Shown in pieces: positions 19,036-29,181 of a stretch of 64,000 nt of DNA. A program made the translations under genes and the position numbers. Numbering within the stretch: position 1 is the stretch's first letter; each line of letters opens with the position of its first letter. Source of the DNA: Arenicellales bacterium. GTDB lineage: Bacteria > Pseudomonadota > Gammaproteobacteria > Arenicellales > JAJDZL01. A model generated the notes under the pieces. The model had not been told where the DNA came from, did not search any database, and saw nothing but the letters and a program-made list of their open reading frames with translations. The stretch lies in NCBI GenBank assembly GCA_965200425.1, contig CBDAUA010000001.1, positions 304,812 through 368,811 on the forward strand, written 5' to 3'.

Positions 19036-20467
19036 TGAAATCGTTTGATGTCATCACATCGTTCGCTAACCGATCCAAAAGGTTTTGTGCTACTGTAATT
19101 CGATAATCCGCGGTCGCTCTAAAGTCGGTAATGGGATCAAAGTCCTGTTCCAAAGCTTTTTTCGCTTGATCTAGATTGGTTTTTTCCAATCGAACTCCGC
19201 GCAGTACTTCTTCACAGTGCTTGGCTCTCAATGGAGTCCCGGCCATTCCTCCAAAGCAGATACGTATGGACTGAATCACATCTTCCTTTATTTTTAAAGA
19301 AAAAGCACCACATACTGCTGAAATGTCTTGATGAAAACGTTTTGAGAGCTTATAGATTCTAAACTTCTGATCTGATTTTGGTAAAGGAACATCAATACGT
19401 TCCAGAAATTCATTGGATGCGATGTCCTGTTTTCCATATTCCAAAAAAAACTCTTCGATGGGCAGTGTTCTAGAACCATTAACGCTCGTCAATACCAGTT
19501 GTGCCTTAAGTGCAACAAATGCCGGTAGGCTATCACCAATCGGAGAGCCATTGGCAACGTTACCACCAATCGTAGCTAGATTACGTATTTGAACCGAGCC
19601 GTACCTTCTAAATAGTTCATCCAAGTAGGGGTAGTGTTTGGCAAGTTCAAAATGCGCTTCACTGACGCTTAGCGCTGCACCGATTTGCAGTTTACCATCA
19701 ACTTCATTTATTTTTTTCATGGAATCTATATTGCCAACATAGATCACAGTTTTTAGATGAAGTCTTTGTTTGGTAACCCACAGACCCACGTCGGTGGCAC
19801 CGGCAACGATGCTGTGTTGGGGATGTCGTTCTAGGATTTCCGCAAGTTCCTTTGTAGTGCGAGGTGCGTAGTAATTCTGACCGTGACTCTGTGCAGAAAT
19901 CGACAGAGAATGAATTTCCGACAATTGGTCTAAGGTCTTGGACTCGGCTTGGTCAAACTGATCTTCTTGAGAATTGGATAAAACGGAACGAGCTGCTCGA
20001 ACGATTGGAACGTAACCAGTGCATCGACATAGATTACCCGCCAGTGCATCGTCAATTGACATTTTGCTGGTATCACATCGATTGTGTACCATCGCAAACA
20101 TGGACATAACAAAGCCAGGGGTACAAAAACCACACTGAGAGCCATGTTCGTCTACCAAAGCTTGCTGCACTGGATGTAGGGAACCGTCTAACTTTTTTAA
20201 GTGTTCGACTGTAATTAACTGTTTTCCATGTAAAAAAGGAAGAAACATTATGCATGAATTGGCTGCTTTGTAATTCAGCTTTCCGTCAATTTGTTCACCT
20301 AAAACAATCGTACAAGCTCCACAATCGCCCTCAGCGCACCCTTCTTTCGTGCCCGTCATCCGTTCAATTTGACGAATGTACTCAAGTACTGTCATCGTGG
20401 GCTCAGCATTCTTCAGCTGCCGGGAATCGAAGCCCAATAGAAACTGAATGCTATCGCTTGATTCCAC
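19010..20467 (-). CDS. xdhA: Xanthine dehydrogenase small subunit (2x [2Fe-2S] + FAD-binding domains)
   Basis: It has the Cys clusters CAEGDCGACTIV and CGFCTPGF..CRCTGY, followed by an FAD-binding domain. The GTG start shares one nucleotide with the uraH TAG stop (TAGTG). Confidence 0.9.
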   Translation of the reverse strand: MESSDSIQFLLGFDSRQLKNAEPTMTVLEYIRQIERMTGTKEGCAEGDCGACTIVLGEQIDGKLNYKAANSCIMFLPFLHGKQLITVEHLKKLDGSLHPVQQALVDEHGSQCGFCTPGFVMSMFAMVHNRCDTSKMSIDDALAGNLCRCTGYVPIVRAARSVLSNSQEDQFDQAESKTLDQLSEIHSLSISAQSHGQNYYAPRTTKELAEILERHPQHSIVAGATDVGLWVTKQRLHLKTVIYVGNIDSMKKINEVDGKLQIGAALSVSEAHFELAKHYPYLDELFRRYGSVQIRNLATIGGNVANGSPIGDSLPAFVALKAQLVLTSVNGSRTLPIEEFFLEYGKQDIASNEFLERIDVPLPKSDQKFRIYKLSKRFHQDISAVCGAFSLKIKEDVIQSIRICFGGMAGTPLRAKHCEEVLRGVRLEKTNLDQAKKALEQDFDPITDFRATADYRITVAQNLLDRLANDVMTSNDFSVWSSMYA

Positions 20468-20814
20468 TAGCTACCTCGATAGGTTGAATAACCGTAGGTC
20501 GACAAGAGTAGTGGGACATGATAGTGTTCGTCTTCTGCTGCGATGCCAAACTGAATTACAACCTCATTTAAGAACTCTGGTTTAGGTTGCTCGAGGTTGA
20601 AGAAACTGAAGTACTTCGCTACGTGGAATTTCAACTGATAGATACCAGGATTAAGCGAATATGCTGAAAATTCAGTGATGCGACCATCTTCATTTGTAGT
20701 AGAGCTGCGGATAAAGATCAGACTGCCTGAATCAAGTTTATATAGATCTACCCGGATATTCTCGCCTGGACATCCGTTCACAAGGTCCAACACATGGCTT
20801 GTCAATTTAGCCAT
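20467..20814 (-). CDS. uraH: 5-hydroxyisourate hydrolase (transthyretin-like)
   Basis: The ORF is 115 aa and ends in the family-signature C-terminal tetrapeptide YRGS. It sits next to xdh and puuD. Confidence 0.9.
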   Translation of the reverse strand: MAKLTSHVLDLVNGCPGENIRVDLYKLDSGSLIFIRSSTTNEDGRITEFSAYSLNPGIYQLKFHVAKYFSFFNLEQPKPEFLNEVVIQFGIAAEDEHYHVPLLLSTYGYSTYRGS

Positions 20815-20831
20815 CGATCAAGTCATCCTAG

Positions 20832-22043
20832 TTAATTGTTGCCAGCTGGTTCATTTTTGCTGAAAACAGTATACCAAGCAGCGACCAATGATCGTTCTTC
20901 CTCCGTCATTTGCGACAGATTTCCGATCGGCATTGATCTAGTGGCTACGGTTGCTGTAAAAATTCGAGAAGCCAAGGCCTCAATCTGTTCATCACTGTCC
21001 ATTATGATACCGCCTGGTGCTACTGGGAACCCTGCTTGAACGGGTGCTGCTGAATGGCACACTGTACATCGCTTGTGAAGAACGTCGCGAACGGAGTCTA
21101 AGCTTACTTGTTGTCCCGAGTCCAAAGTAAAGATGGGTTTTGGAGCAGAAATAATCGCGATAGCAAATAATCCGACTACTGAAACTATCAATAATGGCCA
21201 CTTAGTCCCTGGCAAATGACGAACGTTGAAATAATGTCGAACTAAAATTCCAACAACTGAGAGACCGATTAGAATCAGCCAATTCCAAGGACCGCTGAAG
21301 GTCGATGGATAATGACTACTAATCATCATGAACAAAACAGGTAAGGTAAAGTAGTTGTTGTGCCGAGAACGAATCAGAGCTGCCTTAGCTAGTTTGCTAT
21401 CCGGCTTCCCACCACTTTCAACCGCAGCAACCAGCGACTTTTGTGACGGAATTATGACCGCCATCACATTAAGGACCATGACTGTTCCAATTGACGCGCC
21501 CACATGAATAAAAGCACCGCGCCCACTAAAAATTTGGCACAGGAAAAAAGTTAAGACACAGAAGTAGGCAAAAATCACCAAACCAAGAATTTTTGTGTGT
21601 CGACTTAAGGGCGAACGACACAAAAGATCGTAAAAGATCCATGAAACGATTAGTGAAGCTACGCCAATTCCTGTCCCTTGCAGAGGCGTTAGATTGTTTA
21701 AAGTCGCGTCTAATAGATAGACTCGCGCATTGAAATAGAAGATCAGAGCGAGTAAAGCAAGACCCGTGAACCAGGTTGCATAGGCTTCCCATTTAAACCA
21801 GTGCAAATGAGGGGGTAGGTGCGCTGGGGCAACGGCAAACTTTTTGACGTGGTAAAAGCCACCAGCATGGATGGCCCACAAATCTCCCGCGATCACTTCA
21901 GGTTTGTTGTCTCTTTCAAGACGATTTTCCAGCCAATTAAAGTAAAACGAGGCACCTATCCACGCTATTCCAACGATGAAGTGACTCCAGCGAAGAATGA
22001 GTTCTAGCCATTCTTGTACGTTGATTCCAAACACGGGATTCAC
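20832..22043 (-). CDS. puuD: Membrane-bound urate hydroxylase PuuD (cytochrome c-containing)
   Basis: It has a multi-pass membrane N-terminal region and a C-terminal haem c site (CTVCHS). The purine-catabolism context supports the call. Confidence 0.8.
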   Translation of the reverse strand: MNPVFGINVQEWLELILRWSHFIVGIAWIGASFYFNWLENRLERDNKPEVIAGDLWAIHAGGFYHVKKFAVAPAHLPPHLHWFKWEAYATWFTGLALLALIFYFNARVYLLDATLNNLTPLQGTGIGVASLIVSWIFYDLLCRSPLSRHTKILGLVIFAYFCVLTFFLCQIFSGRGAFIHVGASIGTVMVLNVMAVIIPSQKSLVAAVESGGKPDSKLAKAALIRSRHNNYFTLPVLFMMISSHYPSTFSGPWNWLILIGLSVVGILVRHYFNVRHLPGTKWPLLIVSVVGLFAIAIISAPKPIFTLDSGQQVSLDSVRDVLHKRCTVCHSAAPVQAGFPVAPGGIIMDSDEQIEALASRIFTATVATRSMPIGNLSQMTEEERSLVAAWYTVFSKNEPAGNN

Positions 22044-22222
22044 TTATCAGTCTTCAGTTTTATCGGTCGATTCTAACTTAATTGTAATGAATCTGTTGAC
22101 TCGCAAGAATGAATATAAATTGCAGTTTATAGTTGTCGCTCGAAAACAAAAGCGTTGCTCTATTGGGTGGCGTGCTGTCGATAGCTATTCCGCCTATACA
22201 TTCATCGGCATTGTAAAAGACC

Positions 22223-22252
22223 ATGAATTGACCCATAATGAATTGACCCATA
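22223..22252. repeat. Two tandem copies of a 15-bp unit, ATGAATTGACCCATA
   Basis: The unit was read directly at 22223..22237 and 22238..22252, in the spacer between puuD and the first GmrSD-like gene. Confidence 0.9.
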
Positions 22253-22324
22253 GTTACTTAAAAATTTAACGAATTTAAGACATATATCTGTGTTTGATTG
22301 CAACTTTTTCCGAAGCCTCCTCGG

Positions 22325-22343
22325 ATTGACTAAGCGAGTCAAT
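22325..22343. promoter_or_regulatory. 19-bp palindrome ATTGACT-N5-AGTCAAT upstream of GmrSD-like copy 1 (candidate operator/promoter element)
   Basis: The arms are perfect 7-bp inverted repeats with spacer AAGCG, ending 85 nt upstream of the ATG. The left arm contains the -35-like hexamer TTGACT. Confidence 0.45.
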
Positions 22344-22428
22344 TTCTCAATTCCGTAAATTGTTGGTTCAATAGCATTAAATTAGAGTCAAACTGACGTA
22401 TGAACAATTAAAAACTACAGATCATGCC

Positions 22429-24519
22429 ATGAAAGTAAATTTAACTAGTTTCCTTAATCTCCTGAAGCAATCTCCTCAGTTCGTGGTTCCAATCTATCAA
22501 CGTAACTATAGCTGGACGAATCGAGAATGCGAACAGTTGTGGGACGATATCCTACGCACCGGCAAAGACGATGACATCAAAGCTCACTTCACTGGCTCAA
22601 TTGTCTACAGCCAAGACGGGATCTGTCATTTAACAAGTTTGGCATCATTGCTCGTCATCGACGGCCAACAACGCATCACGACGATTATGCTCATCATTGA
22701 AGCTTTGGCAAGACACATGGAAGTTGAGGAGCCTAGGAAAGCGCTTAAGCTGCGCCACAATTACCTCTTTAACCATTTGGAAAAAGGAGAGAATCGATTC
22801 AAACTGCTGCTGACAGAAACAGACAAAGAGAGCCTGTTTGCACTGTTGGAGCAAAAATCTCTGCCGGATAATCATTCCCACCGAATTAAAGAGAATTTCA
22901 AACTATTCAAGATGTGGGTAAGCCAACTCGATTCTACAAAAATCTCGTCACTTCACAAAGGCCTAGAGAAACTTACGATCGTTGACATCTCGCTGGACCG
23001 AAGTCACGACAACCCACAGCTCATCTTCGAAAGCATCAATTCGACTGGCCATGATTTAAGCCAAGCTGACTTGATACGCAACTTCGTTCTAATGAGGCTG
23101 GAGCCAGAAAAACAAAGGAATCTCTACGAAGAACACTGGCGCCCGATGGAAAATGCCTTCGGGCAGAAAGCCACAAATACTGGTTTCGACAGTTACATGA
23201 GGTACTATTTGACATTCAGAACAGGTGTTCTTCCAAACGCTGAGAAAGTATATGAGGCGTTTAAGGCCTACGCTAACTCTACTGGGAAGCTGAAAAACGA
23301 TGTGGATGCCCTCGTCAAAGACATCCACACTTACGCGAACTACTACTGCGCGATGGCTCTCGACCAGGAACATGACGACCAGCTAGCTTTAGTGTTTCAG
23401 GATCTCAGAGGACTGAAGGTGAACGCAAGCTTTCCCTTCCTGCTAAAGTTATACGGAGACTACAAGAATGAGTATCTCTCGAAAGAAGACTTTATTAAAG
23501 CTGTAAGATTGGTAGAAGCCTACGTTTTCCGACGAGCAGTGTGCAAAATCTCCACGCAATTGCTACCCGAAGTCTTCGAAAACATCGCAGGCATACTCAA
23601 AGAAAATTACGACATTCAAAGCATAGAAGCGCATTTTCTTGGACTAAGAACTTATAGACGCTTTCCCAGAAACCAGGAATTCAAGATCGCGCTCCGTATG
23701 CGCGATCTTTACAGTAACCGACAACGCTGTAAATACTTGTTTCGTCGTCTGGAGAATTACGAGCGTAAAGAACCAGTACCAGTACATGAGTACGCTATCG
23801 AACACATCATGCCCCAAAACGAGAACCTGTCATCGCAGTGGCGTAAAGCACTTGGCAAAGAGTGGAAAATGATTCAGAAGGATAATCTACATACTCTAGG
23901 CAACCTCACACTAGCCGGCTACAATTCAGAGTACAGTGATCATTTCTTCTTGAAGAAGCGCGACATGGAAGGTGGATTCAAAGAGAGTCCATTACGGTTG
24001 AATAAAGGGCTCAGCAAACTTGACACTTGGAATGAAAAAATAATTGAGCAACGCGCTGAAGAACTTGCGAATAAAGCTGTGCAAGTCTGGAGACTACCGG
24101 CGGGGAACGTACTGGATGACAATGGCACAAATGACACCAAAGGCGATTATCCCCTTGAAGATCACCCGAATTTGGCTACCGGCAGTCCGACACGACTGTT
24201 ATTCGATGAAATTCAAAAAGCTGTATTGGCACTTTACCCGGGTATTGACATGAAGTTTCAAAAGCACTATATCTCATTTGATGCTGAGACTAGAATTGTA
24301 GACTTAGTTCCGCAAAAGAAATCCCTACAGTTGTGTATTAACTTGCCGTTCCATGAACTAAATGACCCTAGAGGAATAGCTACTGATGTGTCAAATCTTG
24401 GTCACTTGGGTGTCGGAGATGTGCGCGTCAACCTCGATGATTTAGACGATGTTCGCTACGTTATGAGTTTGGTGAGCCAAGCGTTTGAAAATCAAATAAG
24501 CGATGAGATTATTGAATAA
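22429..24519 (+). CDS. GmrSD-like type IV (modification-dependent) restriction nuclease paralog 1: DUF262 (ParB/NTPase-like) + DUF1524 (His-Me finger) + conserved C-terminal domain
   Basis: The ORF is 696 aa. DUF262 motifs are VVPIYQRNYSW and VIDGQQRIT. DUF1524 motifs are AIEHIMPQN and LHTLGNLTLAGYNSEYS. The ~110-aa C-terminal domain (LFDEIQKAVLAL...GVGDVRVNLDDLDDVRYVMSLVSQAFENQ) resembles, from memory, the small domain annotated DUF5655 on restriction-related proteins. This is the most divergent of the five copies. Confidence 0.85.
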   Translation: MKVNLTSFLNLLKQSPQFVVPIYQRNYSWTNRECEQLWDDILRTGKDDDIKAHFTGSIVYSQDGICHLTSLASLLVIDGQQRITTIMLIIEALARHMEVEEPRKALKLRHNYLFNHLEKGENRFKLLLTETDKESLFALLEQKSLPDNHSHRIKENFKLFKMWVSQLDSTKISSLHKGLEKLTIVDISLDRSHDNPQLIFESINSTGHDLSQADLIRNFVLMRLEPEKQRNLYEEHWRPMENAFGQKATNTGFDSYMRYYLTFRTGVLPNAEKVYEAFKAYANSTGKLKNDVDALVKDIHTYANYYCAMALDQEHDDQLALVFQDLRGLKVNASFPFLLKLYGDYKNEYLSKEDFIKAVRLVEAYVFRRAVCKISTQLLPEVFENIAGILKENYDIQSIEAHFLGLRTYRRFPRNQEFKIALRMRDLYSNRQRCKYLFRRLENYERKEPVPVHEYAIEHIMPQNENLSSQWRKALGKEWKMIQKDNLHTLGNLTLAGYNSEYSDHFFLKKRDMEGGFKESPLRLNKGLSKLDTWNEKIIEQRAEELANKAVQVWRLPAGNVLDDNGTNDTKGDYPLEDHPNLATGSPTRLLFDEIQKAVLALYPGIDMKFQKHYISFDAETRIVDLVPQKKSLQLCINLPFHELNDPRGIATDVSNLGHLGVGDVRVNLDDLDDVRYVMSLVSQAFENQISDEIIE

Positions 24520-24545
24520 TAAACTTTGACGAAAGAGCAAGGTTA

Positions 24546-24554
24546 CCCCCCCCC
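24546..24554. repeat. C9 homopolymer tract in the copy 1 / copy 2 spacer
   Basis: The sequence reads GGTTACCCCCCCCCGACAAG here. The equivalent position in the other spacers reads GGTTAAAACCCTCGACAAG. Confidence 0.9.
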
Positions 24555-24613
24555 GACAAGAAAACGTAAGTTTTTTTTGGCGTATGCAGCTCGAAAACCC
24601 ACAATTTCTACGG

Positions 24614-24632
24614 ATTGACTAATAGAGTCAAT
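24614..24632. promoter_or_regulatory. Palindrome ATTGACT-N5-AGTCAAT upstream of copy 2
   Basis: The arms are identical to those upstream of copy 1, with spacer AATAG. TAAATT follows 15 nt after TTGACT. Confidence 0.45.
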
Positions 24633-24716
24633 TTCTAAATTCTTTAAATTGTTGTCTCAATAGCATTTAATTAGAGCCAAACTTATGAATGAATAATTAG
24701 AACTCCAGAGCATGCT

Positions 24717-26807
24717 ATGAAAGCTAATGAAACTAGTTTCCTTAATCTCCTGAAGCAGTCTCCTCAGTTCGTGGTTCCAATCTATCAGCGTACCTATAGT
24801 TGGATGAAGCGAGAATGCGAGCAATTGTGGAACGATATCCTACGCACCGGCAAAGACGATGACATCAAAGTTCACTTCACTGGCTCTATCGTCTACATCC
24901 AAGACGGGCTGTATAACGTAACCAATATGTCACAACTGCTCGTCATTGACGGTCAACAACGCCTAACGACGATTATGCTCATCATTGAAGCATTGGCAAG
25001 ACACTATGACGGTGATGAACCTAGGAAAGCGAACAAGCTGCGTCACTATTACCTCCTTAACCATTTGGAAGACGGAGAGAGTCGATTCAAACTGCTGCTG
25101 ACAGAAACAGACAAGGAGAGCCTGCTTGCACTGTTGGAGCAAAAATCTCTGCCGGATTATCATTCCTATCGGATTAAAGAGAATTTCAGTCTGTTCAAGA
25201 ATTGGATAGGCCAACTCGATCCCATAGAAACCTCGTCACTTCATAAAGGCCTAGAGAAACTTACGATCGTTGACATCTCGCTGGACCGAAGTCACGACAA
25301 TCCACAGCTCATCTTCGAAAGCATGAATTCCACTGGCCGTGATTTAAGCCAAGCTGACTTGATCCGTAATTTCGTTCTAATGGGACTGGAGCCAGCAAAA
25401 CAAAAGTACCTCTACAAAGAACACTGGCGTCCGATGGAAAACACCTTCGGACAGAAAGCAATAAATACTGAATTCGACAGTTACATGAGGTACTATTTGA
25501 CATTCAGAACAGGTATTCTTCCAAACGTTAAGAAAGTATATGAGTCGTTTAAGGCCTACGCGAACTCTTCTGAGAAGCCGAATAACGATGTGGATGCCCT
25601 CGTCAAAGACATCCACACTTACGCGAACTACTACTGCGCGATGGCCCTCGACCAGGAACATGACGACCAACTAGCCTTAGTGTTTCAGGATCTCAGAGGA
25701 CTGAAGGTGAACGCAAGCTTTCCCTTCCTGCTAAAGCTATACGGAGACTACAAGAACGAACACCTCTCGAAAGAAGACTTTATCAGAGCTGTGAGATTAG
25801 TAGAAGCCTACGTTTTCCGACGAGCAGTGTGTGAAATCCCCACGAAAATGCTGCCAAAAATCTTCGAAAACATCGTGCGTACACTCAAAGAGATTTGCGA
25901 CATTCAAACCATAGAAGCACATTTTTTTGGTCTAAGAACTTATAGACGCTTTCCCAGAGACGACGAATTCAAGAACGCACTTCGTACGCGCGATCTTTAC
26001 AATAATCCGAAACGCTGCAAATACTTGTTTCGTCGTCTAGAGAATTACGAGCGTAAAGAAGCAGTACCAGTACATGAGTACACTATCGAACACATCATAC
26101 CCCAAAACGAGAATCTGTCATCGCAGTGGCGAAAAGCACTTGGCGAGGAGTGGGAAACGATTCAGAAGGAATATCTACATACTCTAGGTAACCTCACACT
26201 GACTGGCTACAATTCAGAGTACAGTGATCATTCCTTCTCGAAAAAGCGCGACATGGTCGGCGGATTCAAAGAGAGCCCATTACGTTTGAATAAAGGGCTC
26301 GGTAAACTTGACACTTGGAATGAAGAAATAATTAAGCAACGCGCTGAAGAACTTGCGAATAAGGCTGTGCAAGTCTGGAGGCTACCGGCGGGGAACGTAC
26401 TGGATGACAATGGCACCAATGGCACCTATGACTATCGTTCCGTTGAAGATTACCGGTTTTTGGCTGCCGGCAGTCAAACACGACGGTTATTCGATGAAAT
26501 TCGAAAAGCCATATTGGCACTTGACCCGGGCATTAACATGAAGTTTCTAAAGAGTTACATCTCATTTAGAGCTGAAACTAGTATTGTAAACGTAGTTCCA
26601 CAAATGAATCGCCTACAGTTGTATATTAACTTGCCGTTCCACGAACTAAATGACCCTAGAGGAATAGCTATTGATGTAACAAATCTTGGTCACTGGGGTG
26701 TCGGAGATGTGCGCGTATACCTCGATGATTTAGACGATGTTCGCTACGTTATGAGTTTGGTGAGCCAAGCGTTTGAAAATCAAATAAGCGATGGGATTAT
26801 TGAATAA
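24717..26807 (+). CDS. GmrSD-like type IV restriction nuclease paralog 2
   Basis: The ORF is 696 aa. All motifs are retained (VVPIYQRTYSW, VIDGQQRLT, TIEHIIPQN, LGNLTLTGYNSEYS). Confidence 0.85.
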   Translation: MKANETSFLNLLKQSPQFVVPIYQRTYSWMKRECEQLWNDILRTGKDDDIKVHFTGSIVYIQDGLYNVTNMSQLLVIDGQQRLTTIMLIIEALARHYDGDEPRKANKLRHYYLLNHLEDGESRFKLLLTETDKESLLALLEQKSLPDYHSYRIKENFSLFKNWIGQLDPIETSSLHKGLEKLTIVDISLDRSHDNPQLIFESMNSTGRDLSQADLIRNFVLMGLEPAKQKYLYKEHWRPMENTFGQKAINTEFDSYMRYYLTFRTGILPNVKKVYESFKAYANSSEKPNNDVDALVKDIHTYANYYCAMALDQEHDDQLALVFQDLRGLKVNASFPFLLKLYGDYKNEHLSKEDFIRAVRLVEAYVFRRAVCEIPTKMLPKIFENIVRTLKEICDIQTIEAHFFGLRTYRRFPRDDEFKNALRTRDLYNNPKRCKYLFRRLENYERKEAVPVHEYTIEHIIPQNENLSSQWRKALGEEWETIQKEYLHTLGNLTLTGYNSEYSDHSFSKKRDMVGGFKESPLRLNKGLGKLDTWNEEIIKQRAEELANKAVQVWRLPAGNVLDDNGTNGTYDYRSVEDYRFLAAGSQTRRLFDEIRKAILALDPGINMKFLKSYISFRAETSIVNVVPQMNRLQLYINLPFHELNDPRGIAIDVTNLGHWGVGDVRVYLDDLDDVRYVMSLVSQAFENQISDGIIE

Positions 26808-26900
26808 TAAACTTTGACGAAAGAGCAAGGTTAAAACCCTCGACAAGAAAACGTAGGTTCTTTTTGGCGTATGCAGCTCGAAAACCCACAATTTCTACGG

Positions 26901-26919
26901 ATTGACTAATCGAGTCAAT
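26901..26919. promoter_or_regulatory. Palindrome ATTGACT-N5-AGTCAAT upstream of copy 3
   Basis: The arms are identical to the other copies, with spacer AATCG. Confidence 0.45.
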
Positions 26920-27003
26920 TTCTAAATTCTGTAAATTGTTGGTTCAATAGCATTAAATAAGAGCCAAACTTACGAATGAATAATTAGAACTCCAGAGCAT
27001 GCC

Positions 27004-29088
27004 ATGAAAGCTAATGAAACTAGTTTCCTTAATCTCCTGAAGCAGTCTCCTCAGTTCGTGGTTCCAATCTATCAGCGTACCTATAGTTGGACGAAGCGAG
27101 AATGCGAGCAGTTATGGAACGATATCCTACGCACCGGCAAAGACGATGACATCAAAGCTCACTTCACGGGCTCTATCGTCTACATCCAAGACGGGCTCTA
27201 TAACGTAACGAATATGTCTCAATTGCTCGTCATCGACGGCCAACAACGCCTCACGACAGTTATGCTTATCCTTGAAGCTTTGGCAAGACACTTTGAAGGT
27301 GATGAGTCCAAGAAAGCGGTTAAGCTTCGCCACTATTACCTCCTTAACAATTTGGAAGAGGGAGAGAGTCGATTCAAACTGCTGCTGACAGAAACAGACA
27401 AGGAGAGCCTGCTTGCACTGTTGGAGCAAAATTCTCTTCCGGATAACCACTCCCACCGAATTAAAGAGAATTTCAGACTAATCAAGAAGTGGGTAAGCCA
27501 ACTCGATTCCACAAAAATCTCGTCACTTCACAAAGGCCTGGAGAAACTTACGATCGTTGACATCTCGCTGGACCGAAGTCACGACAACCCACAGCTCATC
27601 TTCGAAAGCATGAATTCGACTGGCCGTGATTTAAGCCAAGCTGACTTGATCCGTAATTTCGTTCTAATGGGACTGGAGCCAGAAAAACAAAAGTACCTCT
27701 ACAAAGAACACTGGCGTCCGATGGAAAACACCTTCGGACAGAAAGCCATAAATACTGATTTCGACAGTTACATGAGGCACTATTTGACATTCAGAACAGG
27801 TGTTCTTCCAAGCGTTAAGAAAGTATATGAGGCGTTTAAGGCCTACGCGAACTCTTTTGAGAAGCAAAAAAACGACGTAGATGCTCTCGTCAAAGACATC
27901 CACACCTACGCGAACTACTACTGCGCGATGGCTCTCGACCAGGAACATGACGACCAGCTAGCTTTAGTGTTTCGGGATCTCAGAGAACTGAAGGTGAACG
28001 CAAGCTTTCCCTTCCTGCTAAAGTTATACGGAGACTACAAGAATGAGTATCTCTCGAAAGAAGACTTTATCAAAGCTGTAAGATTGGTAGAAGCTTATGT
28101 TTTCCGACGAGCAGTGTGTGAAATGCCTACGACAACGCTGCCCAAACTCTTCGAAAACATCGTGCGTACACTCAAAGAAAATTGCGACATTCAAAGCATA
28201 GAGTCACTATTTTTTGGACTACGAACTTATAGACGCTTTCCCAGAGACGACGAATTCAAGAACGCGCTTCGAACGCGCGATCTTTACAATAACCCAAAAC
28301 GCTGTAAATACATTTTTCGTCGTCTGGAGAATTACGAGCGTAAAGAACCGGTACCAGTACATGAGTACACTATCGAACATATCATGCCCCAAAACGAGAA
28401 CCTGTCATCGCAGTGGCGTAAAGCACTTGGTCAAGATTGGGAAATGATTCAGAAGGATTATCTACATACTCTAGGTAACCTCACACTGGCCGGCTACCCT
28501 TCAGATTACAGTGATCGTTCCTTCTTGGAAAAACGCGACAAGGAAGGTGGATTCAGAAAGAGCCAGCTACGGTTGAATAAAGGGCTCAGTAATCTTGACA
28601 CTTGGAATGAAGAATCAATTTTGCAACGCGCTGAAGAACTTGCGAATAAAGCTGCGCAAGTCTGGACATTACCAGCAGGGAGCGTACTGGATGAAATTGA
28701 CACCTATCGCACCTATGACTATCGTTCCGGTTACCGGTTTTTGGATACCGCCAGTCCAACACGACGATTGTTCGATGAAATTCGAAAAGCCGTATTGGCA
28801 CTTGACCCGGGCATTGACATGAAGTTACAAGCACGCTACATCTCATTTGATGCTGAGACTAGAATTGTAGACTTGGTTCCACTACAGAAATGCTTACGGT
28901 TGTATATTAACTTGCCGTTCCACGAACTAAATGACCCTAGAGGAATAGCTATTGATGTAACAAATCTTGGTCGCTGGTGTATCGGAGAAGTGCGCGTCAA
29001 CCTCGATGATTTAGACGATGTTCGCTACGTTATGAGTTTGGTGAGCCAAGCGTTTGAAAATCAAATAAGCGATGGGATTATTGAATAG
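27004..29088 (+). CDS. GmrSD-like type IV restriction nuclease paralog 3
   Basis: The ORF is 694 aa. The motifs are retained (VVPIYQRTYSW, VIDGQQRLT, TIEHIMPQN, LGNLTLAGYPSDYS). Confidence 0.85.
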   Translation: MKANETSFLNLLKQSPQFVVPIYQRTYSWTKRECEQLWNDILRTGKDDDIKAHFTGSIVYIQDGLYNVTNMSQLLVIDGQQRLTTVMLILEALARHFEGDESKKAVKLRHYYLLNNLEEGESRFKLLLTETDKESLLALLEQNSLPDNHSHRIKENFRLIKKWVSQLDSTKISSLHKGLEKLTIVDISLDRSHDNPQLIFESMNSTGRDLSQADLIRNFVLMGLEPEKQKYLYKEHWRPMENTFGQKAINTDFDSYMRHYLTFRTGVLPSVKKVYEAFKAYANSFEKQKNDVDALVKDIHTYANYYCAMALDQEHDDQLALVFRDLRELKVNASFPFLLKLYGDYKNEYLSKEDFIKAVRLVEAYVFRRAVCEMPTTTLPKLFENIVRTLKENCDIQSIESLFFGLRTYRRFPRDDEFKNALRTRDLYNNPKRCKYIFRRLENYERKEPVPVHEYTIEHIMPQNENLSSQWRKALGQDWEMIQKDYLHTLGNLTLAGYPSDYSDRSFLEKRDKEGGFRKSQLRLNKGLSNLDTWNEESILQRAEELANKAAQVWTLPAGSVLDEIDTYRTYDYRSGYRFLDTASPTRRLFDEIRKAVLALDPGIDMKLQARYISFDAETRIVDLVPLQKCLRLYINLPFHELNDPRGIAIDVTNLGRWCIGEVRVNLDDLDDVRYVMSLVSQAFENQISDGIIE

Positions 29089-29181
29089 TAAACTTTGACG
29101 AAAGAGCAAGGTAAAACCCTCGACAAGAAAACGTAGGTTTCTTTTTGGCGTATGCAGCTCGAAAACCCACAATTTCTACGG

